From positions 1-50,672 of the forward strand of contig NIVC01004319.1 of assembly GCA_002269645.1 (NCBI GenBank): a stretch of DNA of 50,672 nucleotides, read 5' to 3'. The position numbers and the translations under genes are program-made. This stretch comes from Macrostomum lignano. Lineage: Eukaryota. This document shows positions 12,806 through 25,704 of the stretch, piece by piece (position 1 is the first letter of the stretch; every line of letters begins with the position of its first letter). The notes beneath the pieces are model-generated. The model had not been told where the DNA came from. It saw nothing but the letters and a program-made list of their open reading frames with translations, and searched no databases.

Positions 12806-15800
12806 ATGCTCTACCTGATCGGGATCGGGCTGTCCGATCCAGAGGACGTAACGGTCCGCGGCCTGGAGCTGATTCGCTCGTCAGCCCGGGTGTTCCTTGA
12901 TGCCTACACCTCCATTCTGAGCGTTGGTGAGTCTACTCAACTATTGGTTTTTCCAGTCCAGATCCCAGTCCAGTCCAATCCCTGTCCTGATCCCAATCCC
13001 AGTCCAGATCCCAATAATTTCAAATCCCAGTCCAAATCCCAATCCCAGTCCAGATCCCATTCCAGTCGAATCCCAATCCAGTCCAATCCCTGTCCAGATC
13101 CCAATCCAGTAGAATCCCAGTCCTGATCCCAATCCAGTCCAATCCCTGTCCAGATCCCAATCCAGTAGAATCCCAGTCCTGATCCCAATCCAGTCCAATC
13201 CCTGTCCAGATCCCAATCCAGTAGAATCCCAGTTCTGATCCCAATCCCAGTCCAGATCCCAATAATGTAGAACCTCAGTCCAGATCCCAGTCCAGATCCC
13301 AATCCAGTCCAATCCCAGTCCTGATCCCAATCCAGTAGAATCCCAGTCCTGATCCCAATCCAGTAGAATCCCAGTCCTGATCCCAATCCCAGTCCAGATC
13401 CCAATAATGTCAAATCCCAGTCCAGATCCCAGTCCAAATCCCAATCCAGTCCAGATCCCAGTCCTGATCCCAATCCAGTCCAATCCCTGTCCTGATCCCA
13501 ATCCAGTCTAATTCCAGTCCTGATCCCAATCCAGTCCAATCCCAGTCCAGATCTCAATCCTGATCCCAATCCAGTCCAATCCCAGTCCAGATCCCAATCC
13601 CGTCCATCTGTCCCAGGCAAGGACCGCTTAGAGGAATTCTACGGCAGGCCAGTGGAGCTGGCAGACCGCGACCTGGTCGAGCAGGGCGACGTCATCCTCG
13701 CCGCGGCCCAGAGCGCCGACGTGTCCTTCCTGGTTGTGGGTGACCCGCTGGGCGCTACCACTCACGCTGACCTCGCCATGCGGGCCAGGCAGCGCGGCGT
13801 CGCCTACCGGGTGGTGCACAACGCCTCCGTACTCACCGCCGTCGCCTCCTGCGGCCTGCAGTTGTACACCTTCGGCGAGACCGTCTCTGTGCCGTTCTGG
13901 GACGCAGTCAGCCGGCCTAGCAGCTTCCTGGACAAACTGCTGGGCAATTGGGAGAGGAATCTGCACACCCTGTGCCTGCTGGACATCCGGGTGCGAGAGC
14001 CAACGATGGAGAGTCTTCTCAGAGGACGGCCGGAGTTCGAGCCGCCTAGGTGCGTGCGTCGCGGGTCAGAGGTCAGAGGGTCAGATGAGGGCACAATGCC
14101 ACGCAACAGTTCAGTGATGATAGCAGACCTCACCTATATTGACCTAGTGACTTCAACTGACCCAGTGAGTCGCTTGACCCAGTCACCCACCTGACCCAAT
14201 GGCCCACCTGACCAATGACCCACCTGACCCGGTGACCCACCTGACCCAGGGACGCACCTGACCCAGGGACGCACCTGACCCAGTGTCCCACCTGACCCAG
14301 TGACTCGCTTGACCCAGTCACCCACCTGACCCAGTGACCCACCTGACCCAATGATCCACCTGACCCAGGGACGCACCTGACCCAGTGTCCCACCTGACCC
14401 AGTGACTCGCTTGACCCAGTCACCCACCTGACCCAGTGACCCACCTGACCCAATGATCCACCTCACCCAATGGCCCACCTGACCCAGTGACCCACCTGAC
14501 CCAGTGTCCCACCTGACCCAGTCACCCACCTGACCCAGTCACCCACCTGACCCAGTCACCCACCTGACCCAGTCACCCACCTGACCCAGTCACCCACCTG
14601 ACCCAATGACCCACCTGACCCAGGGACGCACCTGACCCAGTGTCCCACCTGACCCAGTCACCCACCTGACCCAATGACCCACCTGACCCAGGGACTTGAC
14701 TTACTTGACTTAGCTGCAGGGCTGTCCCGGAGGGGACACAGCGGGAAGGCGCGGGCGCCCATTCCGCTAGTCCCTGAACGGCCGACGCGTCGCTATGGAC
14801 GGAGGGTTGGCGCCGCCCAGGGAGGTCCCCCAGTGTCGCCAGCAGCTATGGTGCTCTCTGGAAAGGAGAGTTCAGCCCTGCGGGTGGCCCGAAGGTAGCG
14901 CATGAGCTGATTAAAGTTTTCGGGTTTGCACGCTTCAGTAATAGATGTGTGTGGCCCGAGGTAAGTGAGTCTGGCCCGCGTGAAGGCGGGACAGATGCTG
15001 ACGAAATGCTCAGCGGTTTCGTCACCTGAGTTGCAGAAACTACAGGTGGCGTTGGTGGCGTTGCCCTGCAGGTACTGGTGCCTGGAGAAGCAGCCGTGAC
15101 CAGAGAGGGTCATGGTGGCAGCCCGGATGTCTCTGCGCGAGAGGCGCAAGAGGAGCTTCCGGAGCTGGTGAGAGGGCTGAGGGACAGCGCCTCTGGATTG
15201 CCTGCAGTTCGTGCGGTTCGCCCAAGTCGAGCGGTGCTGAGTCCTGATCCACGCTTTGATGCGCGAGTCGATGACACAGCCAGGAATCGGGACAAGAGGT
15301 TCGGGGCCGAGAGAGGAGCCGGAGGCACCAACTTTTGCAAGGGTGTCAGCCAACTCATTTCCTCGGATCCCCACATGCCCCGGAACCCACTTAAGGGTAA
15401 TTTTGTTGGCGGAACCCAACACATTGAGGAGTTTGATACAGTCAAGGACTGTAGCAGAGTTGGTGCTGCAGCCACTGATGGCGTGCAAGGCAGCTTGGCT
15501 GTCCGAATGGAAAATGATGTTCTTACCAGTAACGCCAGTGGCGAGAAGCTCTGCAGTGCAGGAGCTGATGGCCAGAACTTCATTTTGGAAAACACTGGAG
15601 TTGACCCCAGTGTATTGAGCGTGGGTAGCGATGACCCTCCCGTTCAGAAAGATTCCAACACCAAAGCCGGTGTTGGCTGACTGCTTAGAACCTTCGGTGT
15701 AGCAATGAAGCTCACCAGGGTTCCAATGGTCATTGATGTTATCGCGCGAGTCGATAGCTACGGAGTAGCGCTGTCTCAGGTTGAGCGTTGAGGCAATGCC

Positions 15801-16682
15801 ATCGGTGAAGACGCGATTGGCCTGACACTCGTTGAGAAAGTTGAGGCACAGATCGCTATGCGGTACAAGGTTCCGCTTAGCAGGTGCTCTCATGTAAATG
15901 AATTTGACGCCGGCATCAATTAGACGCCGCGTCGTTCTAGCCGCCTCACCCCTGATGAAGAGGTCAAGAGGCGGAAGATTAAGAAAGGCCCCCATGCCAG
16001 CAAAGGGCGTGGACCTGGTGGCGTTGCAGATGAGCCTACACGCTCTGCCTTGGATCGTGTTGAGCAGGTCTGCATGGCTTTTGACCTGGGTAGCGCTAAC
16101 CCAGACAACAGAGGCGTACGTAATGGCAGGTCTAACTACGGAAGTATAGATCCACCAAAGCCGCTTTGGGGATAGACCCCAGACCCAGGGACGCACCTGA
16201 CCCAGTCACCCACCTAACCCAGTCACCCACCTGACCCAGTGACCCACCTGACCCCACCGGCCCGCTCCAAGCTGTCCCTGCTACATGTACTTGCCGACTT
16301 CCCGCGCCGCAGATTCATGAGCTGCTCCGTGGCGGCTGAGCAGCTGCTGGCTCTACTAGCCGAGGTCTCCGCCGCTGAGGACAACGCTGACCTCCTGGCC
16401 GAATCCGACGCCGCCGAGCTGCGCAACCGGCTGAACCGTCGCAAGCAGCTGCCGCCGCCGGAGCGACTCCTGACCGTCGGCCTGGCCCGCCTCGGCAGTC
16501 CTGACGAGCGCATCGCCGCCTGCAGCCTCGCCGACATGGCCAGCCGCGACCTCGGGCCGCCGCTGCACTCACTGGTGGTGCCGGCGCCTCGGCTGCACCC
16601 GGTCGAAGCCGAGTTCCTCCGCCAATTTGCCGACACCGAGGCCGACGCTGCTTTAGTGGACGCGTCCGCTGCAGAGCGCTGA
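12806..16682 (+). CDS. DPH5: Diphthine methyl ester synthase, 307 aa. Exons 12806-12926, 13617-14049, 16313-16682
   Basis: The translation MLYLIGIGLSDPEDVTVRGLE..FLDAYTSIL, VAFL-like VSFLVVGDPLGATTHADL, VVHNASVLTAV..GLQLYTFGETVSVPFW, NLHTLCLLDIRV, EFEPPR/FMS, VGLARLGS, DLGPPLHSLVV..LHPVEAEFL contains diagnostic DPH5 motifs. Introns are GT-AG, phases 1 and 2 are consistent, and the total is 924 nt. Confidence 0.97.
12952..13605. repeat. CCAGT/CCAAT/CCAGAT/CCCAAT mosaic repeat filling DPH5 intron 1
   Basis: It begins ~25 nt after the donor and ends ~10 nt before the acceptor. Confidence 0.92.
14140..16255. repeat. ~17-bp minisatellite (CACCCACCTGACCCAGT)n in DPH5 intron 2, split by the retrotransposon (14140-14695 and 16182-16255)
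   Basis: The same unit flanks both sides of the insertion. Confidence 0.92.
14696..16181 (-). mobile_element. 5'-truncated non-LTR retrotransposon (LOA/R1/I-group-like; RT thumb, RNase H, CCHC knuckle), antisense in DPH5 intron 2
   Basis: An uninterrupted ORF (to 14793) has WGLSPKRLWWIYTSVVRPAITYASVVW (RT C-terminus), RNase H motifs YT(E)GSK, VFQNEVLAI, HSDSQAAL and KWVPGHVGIRGNELAD, and CSFC-x7-H-x4-C. A perfect TSD GACCCAGGGAC lies at 14685-14695 and 16182-16192. The 3' tail is TAAGTCAAGTAAGTCAA. Confidence 0.93.
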
Positions 16683-16777
16683 CTTGTCCGGGGCTGAATT
16701 GGGCGGGTAGTGAGCAGGTGGGCTGCGGGGTCTAGGCTCAAGTTATCTTGTCCTTGCCAAACTTTGGGCTCTTCATG

Positions 16778-17110
16778 TGACCCGTGTCCTCATATGACCC
16801 TCCCGTGTTCTCATTTTACCTCCTCTGCACCTAAACTATCCCGTGTCCTCACTTGACCCATCCCGTGTCTTCACTTGACCTATCCCGTGTCCTCAGTTGA
16901 CCTATCCCGTGTCCTCAGTTGACCTATTCCGTGTCCTCAGTTGACCTATTCCGTGTCCTCACTTGACCTTTCCCGTGTCCTCACTTGACCTATCCCGTGT
17001 CCTCAGTTGACCTATCCCGTGTCCTCAGTTGACCTATTCCATGTCCTCAGTTGACCTATTCCGTGTCCTCAGTTGACCTATCCCGTGTCCTCACTTGACC
17101 CGTGTCCTTA
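16778..17110. repeat. 22-bp minisatellite (CCCGTGTCCTCAGTTGACCTAT)n
   Basis: Tandem units starting ~100 nt after the DPH5 stop. Confidence 0.92.
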
Positions 17111-17631
17111 CCTCAGTTATCATCACTTAACCCTTATCCTCATCGCGCCCCGTGCCTTTGGGCAGTTGCCCTCCTAATTCATCCAGTGCGCTAAGTAGTA
17201 TTTTATTGACTTTAATCTTAATATTAATTGCGATTCGCCTAAACTATTTCCGCAAATGTTACTCACACGCGTTTCAATGAGTTGAGCATTTCTGGAATTC
17301 GCTTTTAGTTGCTAAGTGCAAGTTGTTTTGGTTTCAGCATTGCCTGTTCCGTGATTGTCTGCTTTCGCGGCTGTTAGTTGAAAATATATAATCTAATTTT
17401 CTTGGCACAATCATGCCTGCAGCATGCAAGTCTAACTCTGTTTTGTTGACATCATAAATATTTCAAGTCGCTATTTCTCATTGTTTCACTTTTTTTACTT
17501 AGACACCTAAATGTCTACTTACAAGTAGAATATTAGGGCTTGATTTTCTACAAATGCGAAAGGTCATTTGACCCGGCAGGAACTCGTATTGGGGTCTTGA
17601 AAGTTCGGTATGAGATAGTACGAGTTAACTG

Positions 17632-17890
17632 AGGTCACAGGGTCAGGTGAGGACACTGGATCTGGTGAGGTCACAAGGTAAGGTGAGGACACTGGATCTG
17701 GTGAGGTCACGGGGTCAGGTAAGGACACTGGATCTGGTGAGGTCACGGGGTCAGGTGAGGACACTGGATCTGGTGAGGTCACGGGGTCAGATGAGGACAC
17801 TGGATCTGGTGAGGTCACAGGGTCAGATGAGGACACTGGATCTGGTGAGGTCACGGGGTCAAATAAGGACACTGGATCTGGTGAGGTCAC
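17632..17890. repeat. 36-bp minisatellite (GGTCAGGTGAGGACACTGGATCTGGTGAGGTCACGG)n
   Basis: About 7 units. Confidence 0.92.
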
Positions 17891-18724
17891 ATGACATGAT
17901 CCAAGTGCATTAATTAGTCAGTAATTTGTCCAACTACCTCTGCAATGTGTGTCCTGGCTCAAGCGGCAGTATTCTGCCCATTTCACTCTAATCATGGCGA
18001 GAAGAGTCATGAAACCAGACAGTTTCAGTATTTATCCGACAGTTGCTATCGCCCAACTTTTCCATGCTATTGTTATAGTTGATATTCCCAGGTCAGACAC
18101 GCGTGGATCAAAGCTAAAGTTTGTGTTTCATTGCACGTATTTGCTCAGGTTTTCCATTAGGAACACTAAGGAGATTGCGGGCTAATTCTGAAGTCGCTCC
18201 AGATCCTGTTTTAGCATTTGGGATTGTAGAGTTAGTGGAGAAGGTTTAGCAAGCTTGGCAGTTGTTTGCAGCTCACATTGGCCTCGCTTCACTTCCCTCT
18301 GGGCTGGATGCCTATTGGAACTCACTCGTGCCACATTCACTTCTGACTGGGAGCTGCAGCTGGGATCGTGGGAGGGGGGGGGCTTCCGTTACTGACACGC
18401 TTATTATCAGTCTCGGAGGCAAGATATTGCAAGGGATGCAAGCCCTGCTGCCGAGGCCAAGGCGAAGCGATATTTAAGCCGGCCTTCTGTCACTCATTTT
18501 TCTGTTATTATTTTCTTAGAAAGTTTCCGTTGCCTCGGTATTGATTGGCAGAACTGAGTTGCTGTTGGTTGCTAACGGAAAGCGGCAGAGCAATAATTCT
18601 GCTGCCGCGAACCCCCTTTTTATCCATGCCTCTCGTTCATTTACTGTTGGCTTGGAAACATCGCTGCGGTTGGTTCAGTCTACGTGTATTTCGCTGCGAA
18701 ACCAATGGGTAGTGAAGATGAAGC

Positions 18725-19752
18725 CTGTCTTAGTGTCTGCCTGCCTGTCTTAGTGTCTGCCTGCCTGTCTGCCTGCCTGTCTTAGTGTCTGCCTGCCTGT
18801 CTGCCTGCCTGTCTTAGTGTCTGCCTGCCTGTCTTAGTGTCTGCCTGCCTGTCTTAGTGTCTGCCTGCCTGTCTTAGTGTCTGCCTGCCTGTCTGCCTGC
18901 CTGTCTGCCAGCCTGTCTGTCTGCCCGTCTGCCTGCCTGTCTTAGTGTCTGCCTGCCTGTCTGCCTGCCTGTCTGCCAGCCTGTCTGTCTGCCCGTCTGC
19001 CTGCCTGTCTTAGTGTCTGCCAGCCTGTCTGCCTGCCTGTCTTAGTGTCTGCCTGCCTGTCTGCCTGCCTGTCTTAGTGTCTGCCTGCCTGTCTGCCTGC
19101 CTGTCTGCCAGCCTGTCTGTCTGCCCGTCTGCCTGCCTGTCTTAGTGTCTGCCAGCCTGTCTGCCTGCCTGTCTTAGTGTCTGCCTGCCTGTCTGCCTGC
19201 CTGTCTTAGTGTCTGCCTGCCTGTCTGCCTGCCTGTCTTAATGTCTGCCTGCCTGTCTGCCTGCCTGTCTTAGTGTCTGCCTGCCTGTCTGCCTGCCTGT
19301 CTTAGTGTCTGCCTGCCTGTTTGCCTGCCTGTCTTAATGTCTGCCTGCCTGTCTGCCTGCCTGTCTGCCAGCCTGTCTGTCTGCCCGTCTGCCTGCCTGT
19401 CTTAGTGTCTGCCTGCCTGTCTGCCTGCCTGTCTTAGTGTCTGCCTGCCTGTCTTAGTGTCTGCCAGCCTGTCTGCCTGTCTGTCTTAGTGTCTGCCTGC
19501 CTGTCTGCCTGCCTGTCTGCCAGCCTGTCTGTCTGCCCGTCTGCCTGCCTGTCTTAGTGTCTGCCTGTCTGTCTGCCTGCCTGTCTGCCAGCCTGTCTGT
19601 CTGCCCGTCTGCCTGCCTGTCTTAGTGTCTGCCTGTCTGTCTTAGTGTCTGCCTGCCTGTCTGCCTGCCTGTCTGCCAGCCTGTCTGTCTGTCTGTGTTT
19701 CTGTCTGCCTGTCTGTCTGCCAGCCTGTCTATCTGTCTGTCTGTCTGTCTCT
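18725..19752. repeat. (CTGC/CTGT)n microsatellite with a recurrent CTTAGTGT interruption
   Basis: Seen directly. Confidence 0.95.
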
Positions 19753-20071
19753 TTCTGTCTGTCCCAGAACCAACCAAATATTCAATCTTTCTGTTCCTCA
19801 CTCTGCCATCCTCTTTCCCGTTCATCACTCTCTAACTTCCTTCCTCAAAGGAGTCTTCAGGCAACAAGTCATCGGAAAAGCACGAGCTAGGTTGTACTTT
19901 TCCGTCCTGAATACAATAATTGTAATTTAAAGTTAGAGCAGTTAAAAGTCTATTACAAAAAAAGCCACCCAATAAAATTTGCTTTCTGACCACCTGCCCG
20001 CGCTGGCTTTGATTAACCTTTGCGTCGGGGGAGAAACTGGGGGGGGGGGATTCAGTCTGAGCGGCTCAGCA

Positions 20072-21437
<1,366 letters not shown>

Positions 21438-21542
21438 ATTCTGCCCTGACGAAGAATATGCAATATTCGAAATATCGGCAAATTTAATTTGAATTTTATC
21501 AGTCCTTTCACAGTGTCAGCGCCTGAGATTGGAGGTGCCCTC

Positions 21543-21594
<52 letters not shown>

Positions 21595-21986
21595 ATCTTT
21601 CTCTCTTTTATTCACTCTCATAAACCGCACTCTCACTCTCCCTCTCCCGCAATCTGAAATATATTCTTACTTTGAGCGTAAAGCCACAGCCTTAAAAATT
21701 ACCTTCCCCCATAGATATGCAGCAATTGTATGCGGATTTGTTAAATAATTTTTCGCACAGAAAGTTTATCGTCTTGTATTGCAAAAATGCTTTGGCTACC
21801 TGGCGATGGCTATGGAACAGATTTGGGACTCTTTATCAGCTGCACTGCAAATACTCTCCGTGGAGGGAATTCTGTTATTTGTATTAGACAAGAATTGTCA
21901 GGCTGTTCTTTAACTGGAAGGAGCGCTGTGCTTACTTTAGTGGTACAGCTAGTGTTGCACTTGTGTATACGGAATTCATCATGGTA

Positions 21987-22592
21987 GGGGGTAGAGGGGT
22001 AGGGGAGAGGTATTAGAGGGGTAGGGAAGAAGTTAGAGGGGTAGAAGAGAGTCTAGAGAGATAGGGAAAAGATAAGAGGGGTAGGAAAGAGGTTAGAGGG
22101 GTAGGGAAGAGGTATTAGAGGGGTAGGGAAGAAGTTAGAGGGGGTAGGGAAGAGGTTAGAGGGGGTAGGGACGAGGTTAGAGGGGTAGGGGAGAGGTTAG
22201 AGGGGTAGGGGAGAGGTTAGAGGGGGTAGGGACGAGGTTAGAGGGGTAGGGGAGAGGTTAGAGGGGTAGGGGAGAGGTTAGAGGGGGTAGGGACGAGGTT
22301 AGAGGGGTAGGGGAGAGGTTAGAGGGGGTAGGGACGAGGTTAGAGGGGTAGGGGAGAGGTTAGAGGGGTAGGGGAGAGGTGAGAGGGGTAGGGGAGAGGT
22401 TAGAGGGGTAGGGGAGAGGTTAGAGGGGTAGGGGAGAGGTTAGAGGGAGTAGGGGAGAGGTTAGAGGGGGTAGGGGAGAGGTTAGAGGGGGTAGGGACGA
22501 GGTTAGAGGGGGTAGGGACGAGGTTAGAGGGAGTAGGGGAGAGGTTAGAGGGGTAGGGGAGAGGTTAGAGGGGTAGGGAAGCGATTAGAGGG
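21987..22592. repeat. G-rich 20-21-bp minisatellite (GGGGTAGGGGAGAGGTTAGA)n
   Basis: Seen directly; strongly purine- and G-skewed. Confidence 0.93.
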
Positions 22593-25500
22593 GTGTTAAA
22601 GTAAATATCAGAATGGAAAAGGAGGCTAAAGGGAGCTTTGCAGCTGGGGTGGAGAGAATTGAACTTGCAAGTGCTCAACTCCAGCTTCCATCATCAGCTC
22701 AACCAGAGAGACTATCGAATCAGTGGGAGCAAATCAGCAGTTGCATGTTCAACTGTCTCCTGGGATCTGTTGGGGGATTTGAATACGAAATGGCCGCTCC
22801 GCGCGGATGCAGCAGGATGACGCATGCAGGTGCGCTCGCGAACCGTAGAAAAGGTGATTAGGCATGTATTGGATTTCTCCGGGGCCAAGGGGAGCGGCGG
22901 CACGGGATTAATAACGCACGGAGTGTGCTGTCGCTATCCGGGATTAGCGGGGAATTCGGCCTCGGGGAAATGCTTTGACTGGATGAGACGGTCCTGTCAG
23001 TCAGGGGGGTTTTGATTGAATATCGATATGGCGCGAGGCTCTGTGTTCGTCTTTTGTTTCGGTAATTTGGTTACTAACCCGGGGCGTTTGCTCCCAGGGC
23101 GTGCACTTGGCGCGTCAAATGCATTGGCGAGGTGGAAAGTCACTGCTGATGGCAACAAGGATGTGCCTAAGAAGTGCAATACAGCAGCGAAAGAAAAGTG
23201 CAAAGCATTTCATCTAAAAAACAATTCAAACCGGAAATTGATTGATTGATTTCACCTGACTGCGCCTCAACTTCGGGAAATTGGTTGCGCAATGTCTGGT
23301 TAGAAGAGCAATTATTAATGCTATGAGAGTTCGCAGGAGGCCTGCGGACATCGTCCCGCCGCCAATACTGTACTCAGGCGCACACTCATACGTACACAAG
23401 CTCACATGGGGTGTACAGCGCCACTTTGACTTGTCAATTGTCGGGAATATTTTACGCTTTTACCGCTGAGCTGCTCCGCACCGCATGAATGTATGAGCTG
23501 CTAGCCAAGCAATCCATAGCCGCTACTCTCACTGATGGGCCTCTGCGGTACTCGTACAGCCGTACTTTTTGAACTTCAAGGCAAGCACGTCTCCGTCGCT
23601 TGGAGACAAAAAATGGGGGTTTGGGTGATGCATGAATATTTAGCTATTCTGACTGATCACGCGCCTTACCTACGGTAAGACCTTCCTCTATAAGCATCTG
23701 CGAGTATATTGGATCTTACATCAGAATCACTTTATATTCTGGATTTTCGGTAAATTTCAACAATTTTTTGATTCAATTTTTTGCGATGTTTATTTTCGCG
23801 GAATTCTTCATTTTTTAAACAAAAAAACTTGGTCCGTCCCTATCGCGCCAGCACCAGCCGGGCAGCCTCGGCATCAGCTGATTGATTGCGCAGCGCATCG
23901 AGGCTCTTGAGCGATGAAAAATTAATGAGACTATTGGGCAAAGAGGCTGGCTGTGTGTGCGAAGTGCACGCCGCCCGATACGGACTGCGGGTCACCCTGT
24001 CGGCCTTGTGTTGACTCTGGCTGTGAAGCTGAACAGAGTAGGGAATCTGGAGTCGAATTTTCGTCATCAGTTTTTGTCTGCCCCTCTTTCTGCTTGTCAT
24101 TCCACCCCGCCCCATCCCGCCCACGGGCCAGAGTCTCCCAGCATTTCATGAAGCTCTAGACCAACGCTTGGCGTCTGGCTTTGCCGAGAATTTGCTGGCA
24201 ATAACCAGTAGGCAGTGTGCCTGTAATTGGGTATTAAGCCTCTGTCGACATTTTTCGCTGGCGGAGATAAGGCAGAGGGGGATAAAGAGGGGGGGGGGAG
24301 TGGGGAAGGCCAAGGAGAGCCCGAACCAGAGTGTGGAGTGGCTCTCTGCAGTGTTGCAGACTGGCAACTGTCAGGCCCCATGTTTAATAAATTCAAGCGA
24401 TTGCCCAATGAGCTGCTGAATGCTTCGAGATTGGCGAGAATCTTCTGGAAGCTGAACAATAGGCAAAGTACATTGTGTTCTTAAAATTGATAAGAAAAGC
24501 AGAAAAGACAGAAAAACACGGTTGTTCTGCTCTAATTGAGCATTTTTAGCAGCCCCTATTGTGTCTTAACAATCCGCCACTTGGCCAAGAGTTTCCACTC
24601 CGGAGTCCTAGTAAAAGCTGTCCTTGTCCCTGTCAGGCCAGCGAATGGCGGGCGGGGTGTGCCCTGATCCTGGCAGCCAGGGGCGCCATTGGCAATGGGA
24701 CAGTTGGAGGGGATCAAATCCTGACGAAAGGGAGGGGCCTTAATTCCCTCACCCTCCCTCCCAGCCCTGATCGCGATTGGCAGTACAAAAGTGTTGAAAA
24801 GTCGCTGTTGCTGCTGCTGCTACTAGAAGAGATAAGCGAGAGAAAGACACAGAGAGAGAGCCAGCAACACAGCAATAGAAGCGCCGTCGCAAAGTCTCTG
24901 CCAGCCCGATCGGCCCGGCCAGAACCCAGGAAAAGTGAGTGCCTCAAAGATGGAGATTTTCTAAGTTTAGCACAACTTTAGAGACAGCCAGGCTTTCATT
25001 CAAACTGTAGATGCAGATGACGCGGTATTGTTTATGGTTTAAATATAGAATGGCCTTCAATTTCAATGTGGCTACATTTAGATATTTAAATGAATTGCTG
25101 ACTACCTGTTAAAATTAAAGCACCTTATACATTTCTATGCGACATCAGCTAAAAACATTTCCTGTCATTTGTACTTGGCCGTCCCTGCTCACGCCACTTA
25201 ACTTATTATTGGCTTCTCAACTAAGCAACAATGCCACGCTGCCCCCCTGGGAACACTGGGAGCCTTTGGGAGCAGCTGGCTCGCAGTGCTGCCCCCCCCC
25301 CCCTGCTGCTCCCGTTTCTTTTGAAAGCAAGCCACACGCCCAAAAATAGCTTGAATTTCGCTCTGCCCCTGCAGTGCGAATCTAATTTTAATAGCGATTT
25401 CTGTTAGTCCCAGGGCCGGGGGATCAATTGGTTTCAGGGGGCTGGCGGGCCACTTTCTTGTCATTGCCGGGCCGGGCGTGTCCACTCCCTCGCAGACCCG

Positions 25501-25704
25501 AATGACTTCTGCCGGCAGTTGCGCCGTATGAAACTAGAAAAAAACTTAGCGGAGGAAAAGTTCAATGCCCACTTGAAACAATTTCTCAATTCTAAGCAGT
25601 GGGCGACTTCATTGGTGCACTGACTTGTACACCTGCGCAGATGTACTATTGATCTTCCCTCTTCTTGGCTAGATTAGCAATCCATTCTATTGCTTCAGCT
25701 ATGG

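Noticed and set aside
15078-15680. Plus-strand 200-aa ORF and other ORFs overlapping the retroelement
   Set aside because: They are antisense or alternative-frame shadows of a GC-rich coding sequence and contain no recognisable motifs.
22600-25500. Moderately GC-rich unique sequence with several 60-140 aa ORFs
   Set aside because: I could not build a splice-consistent model or recognise any protein motif. It may be regulatory or UTR sequence upstream of P2X.
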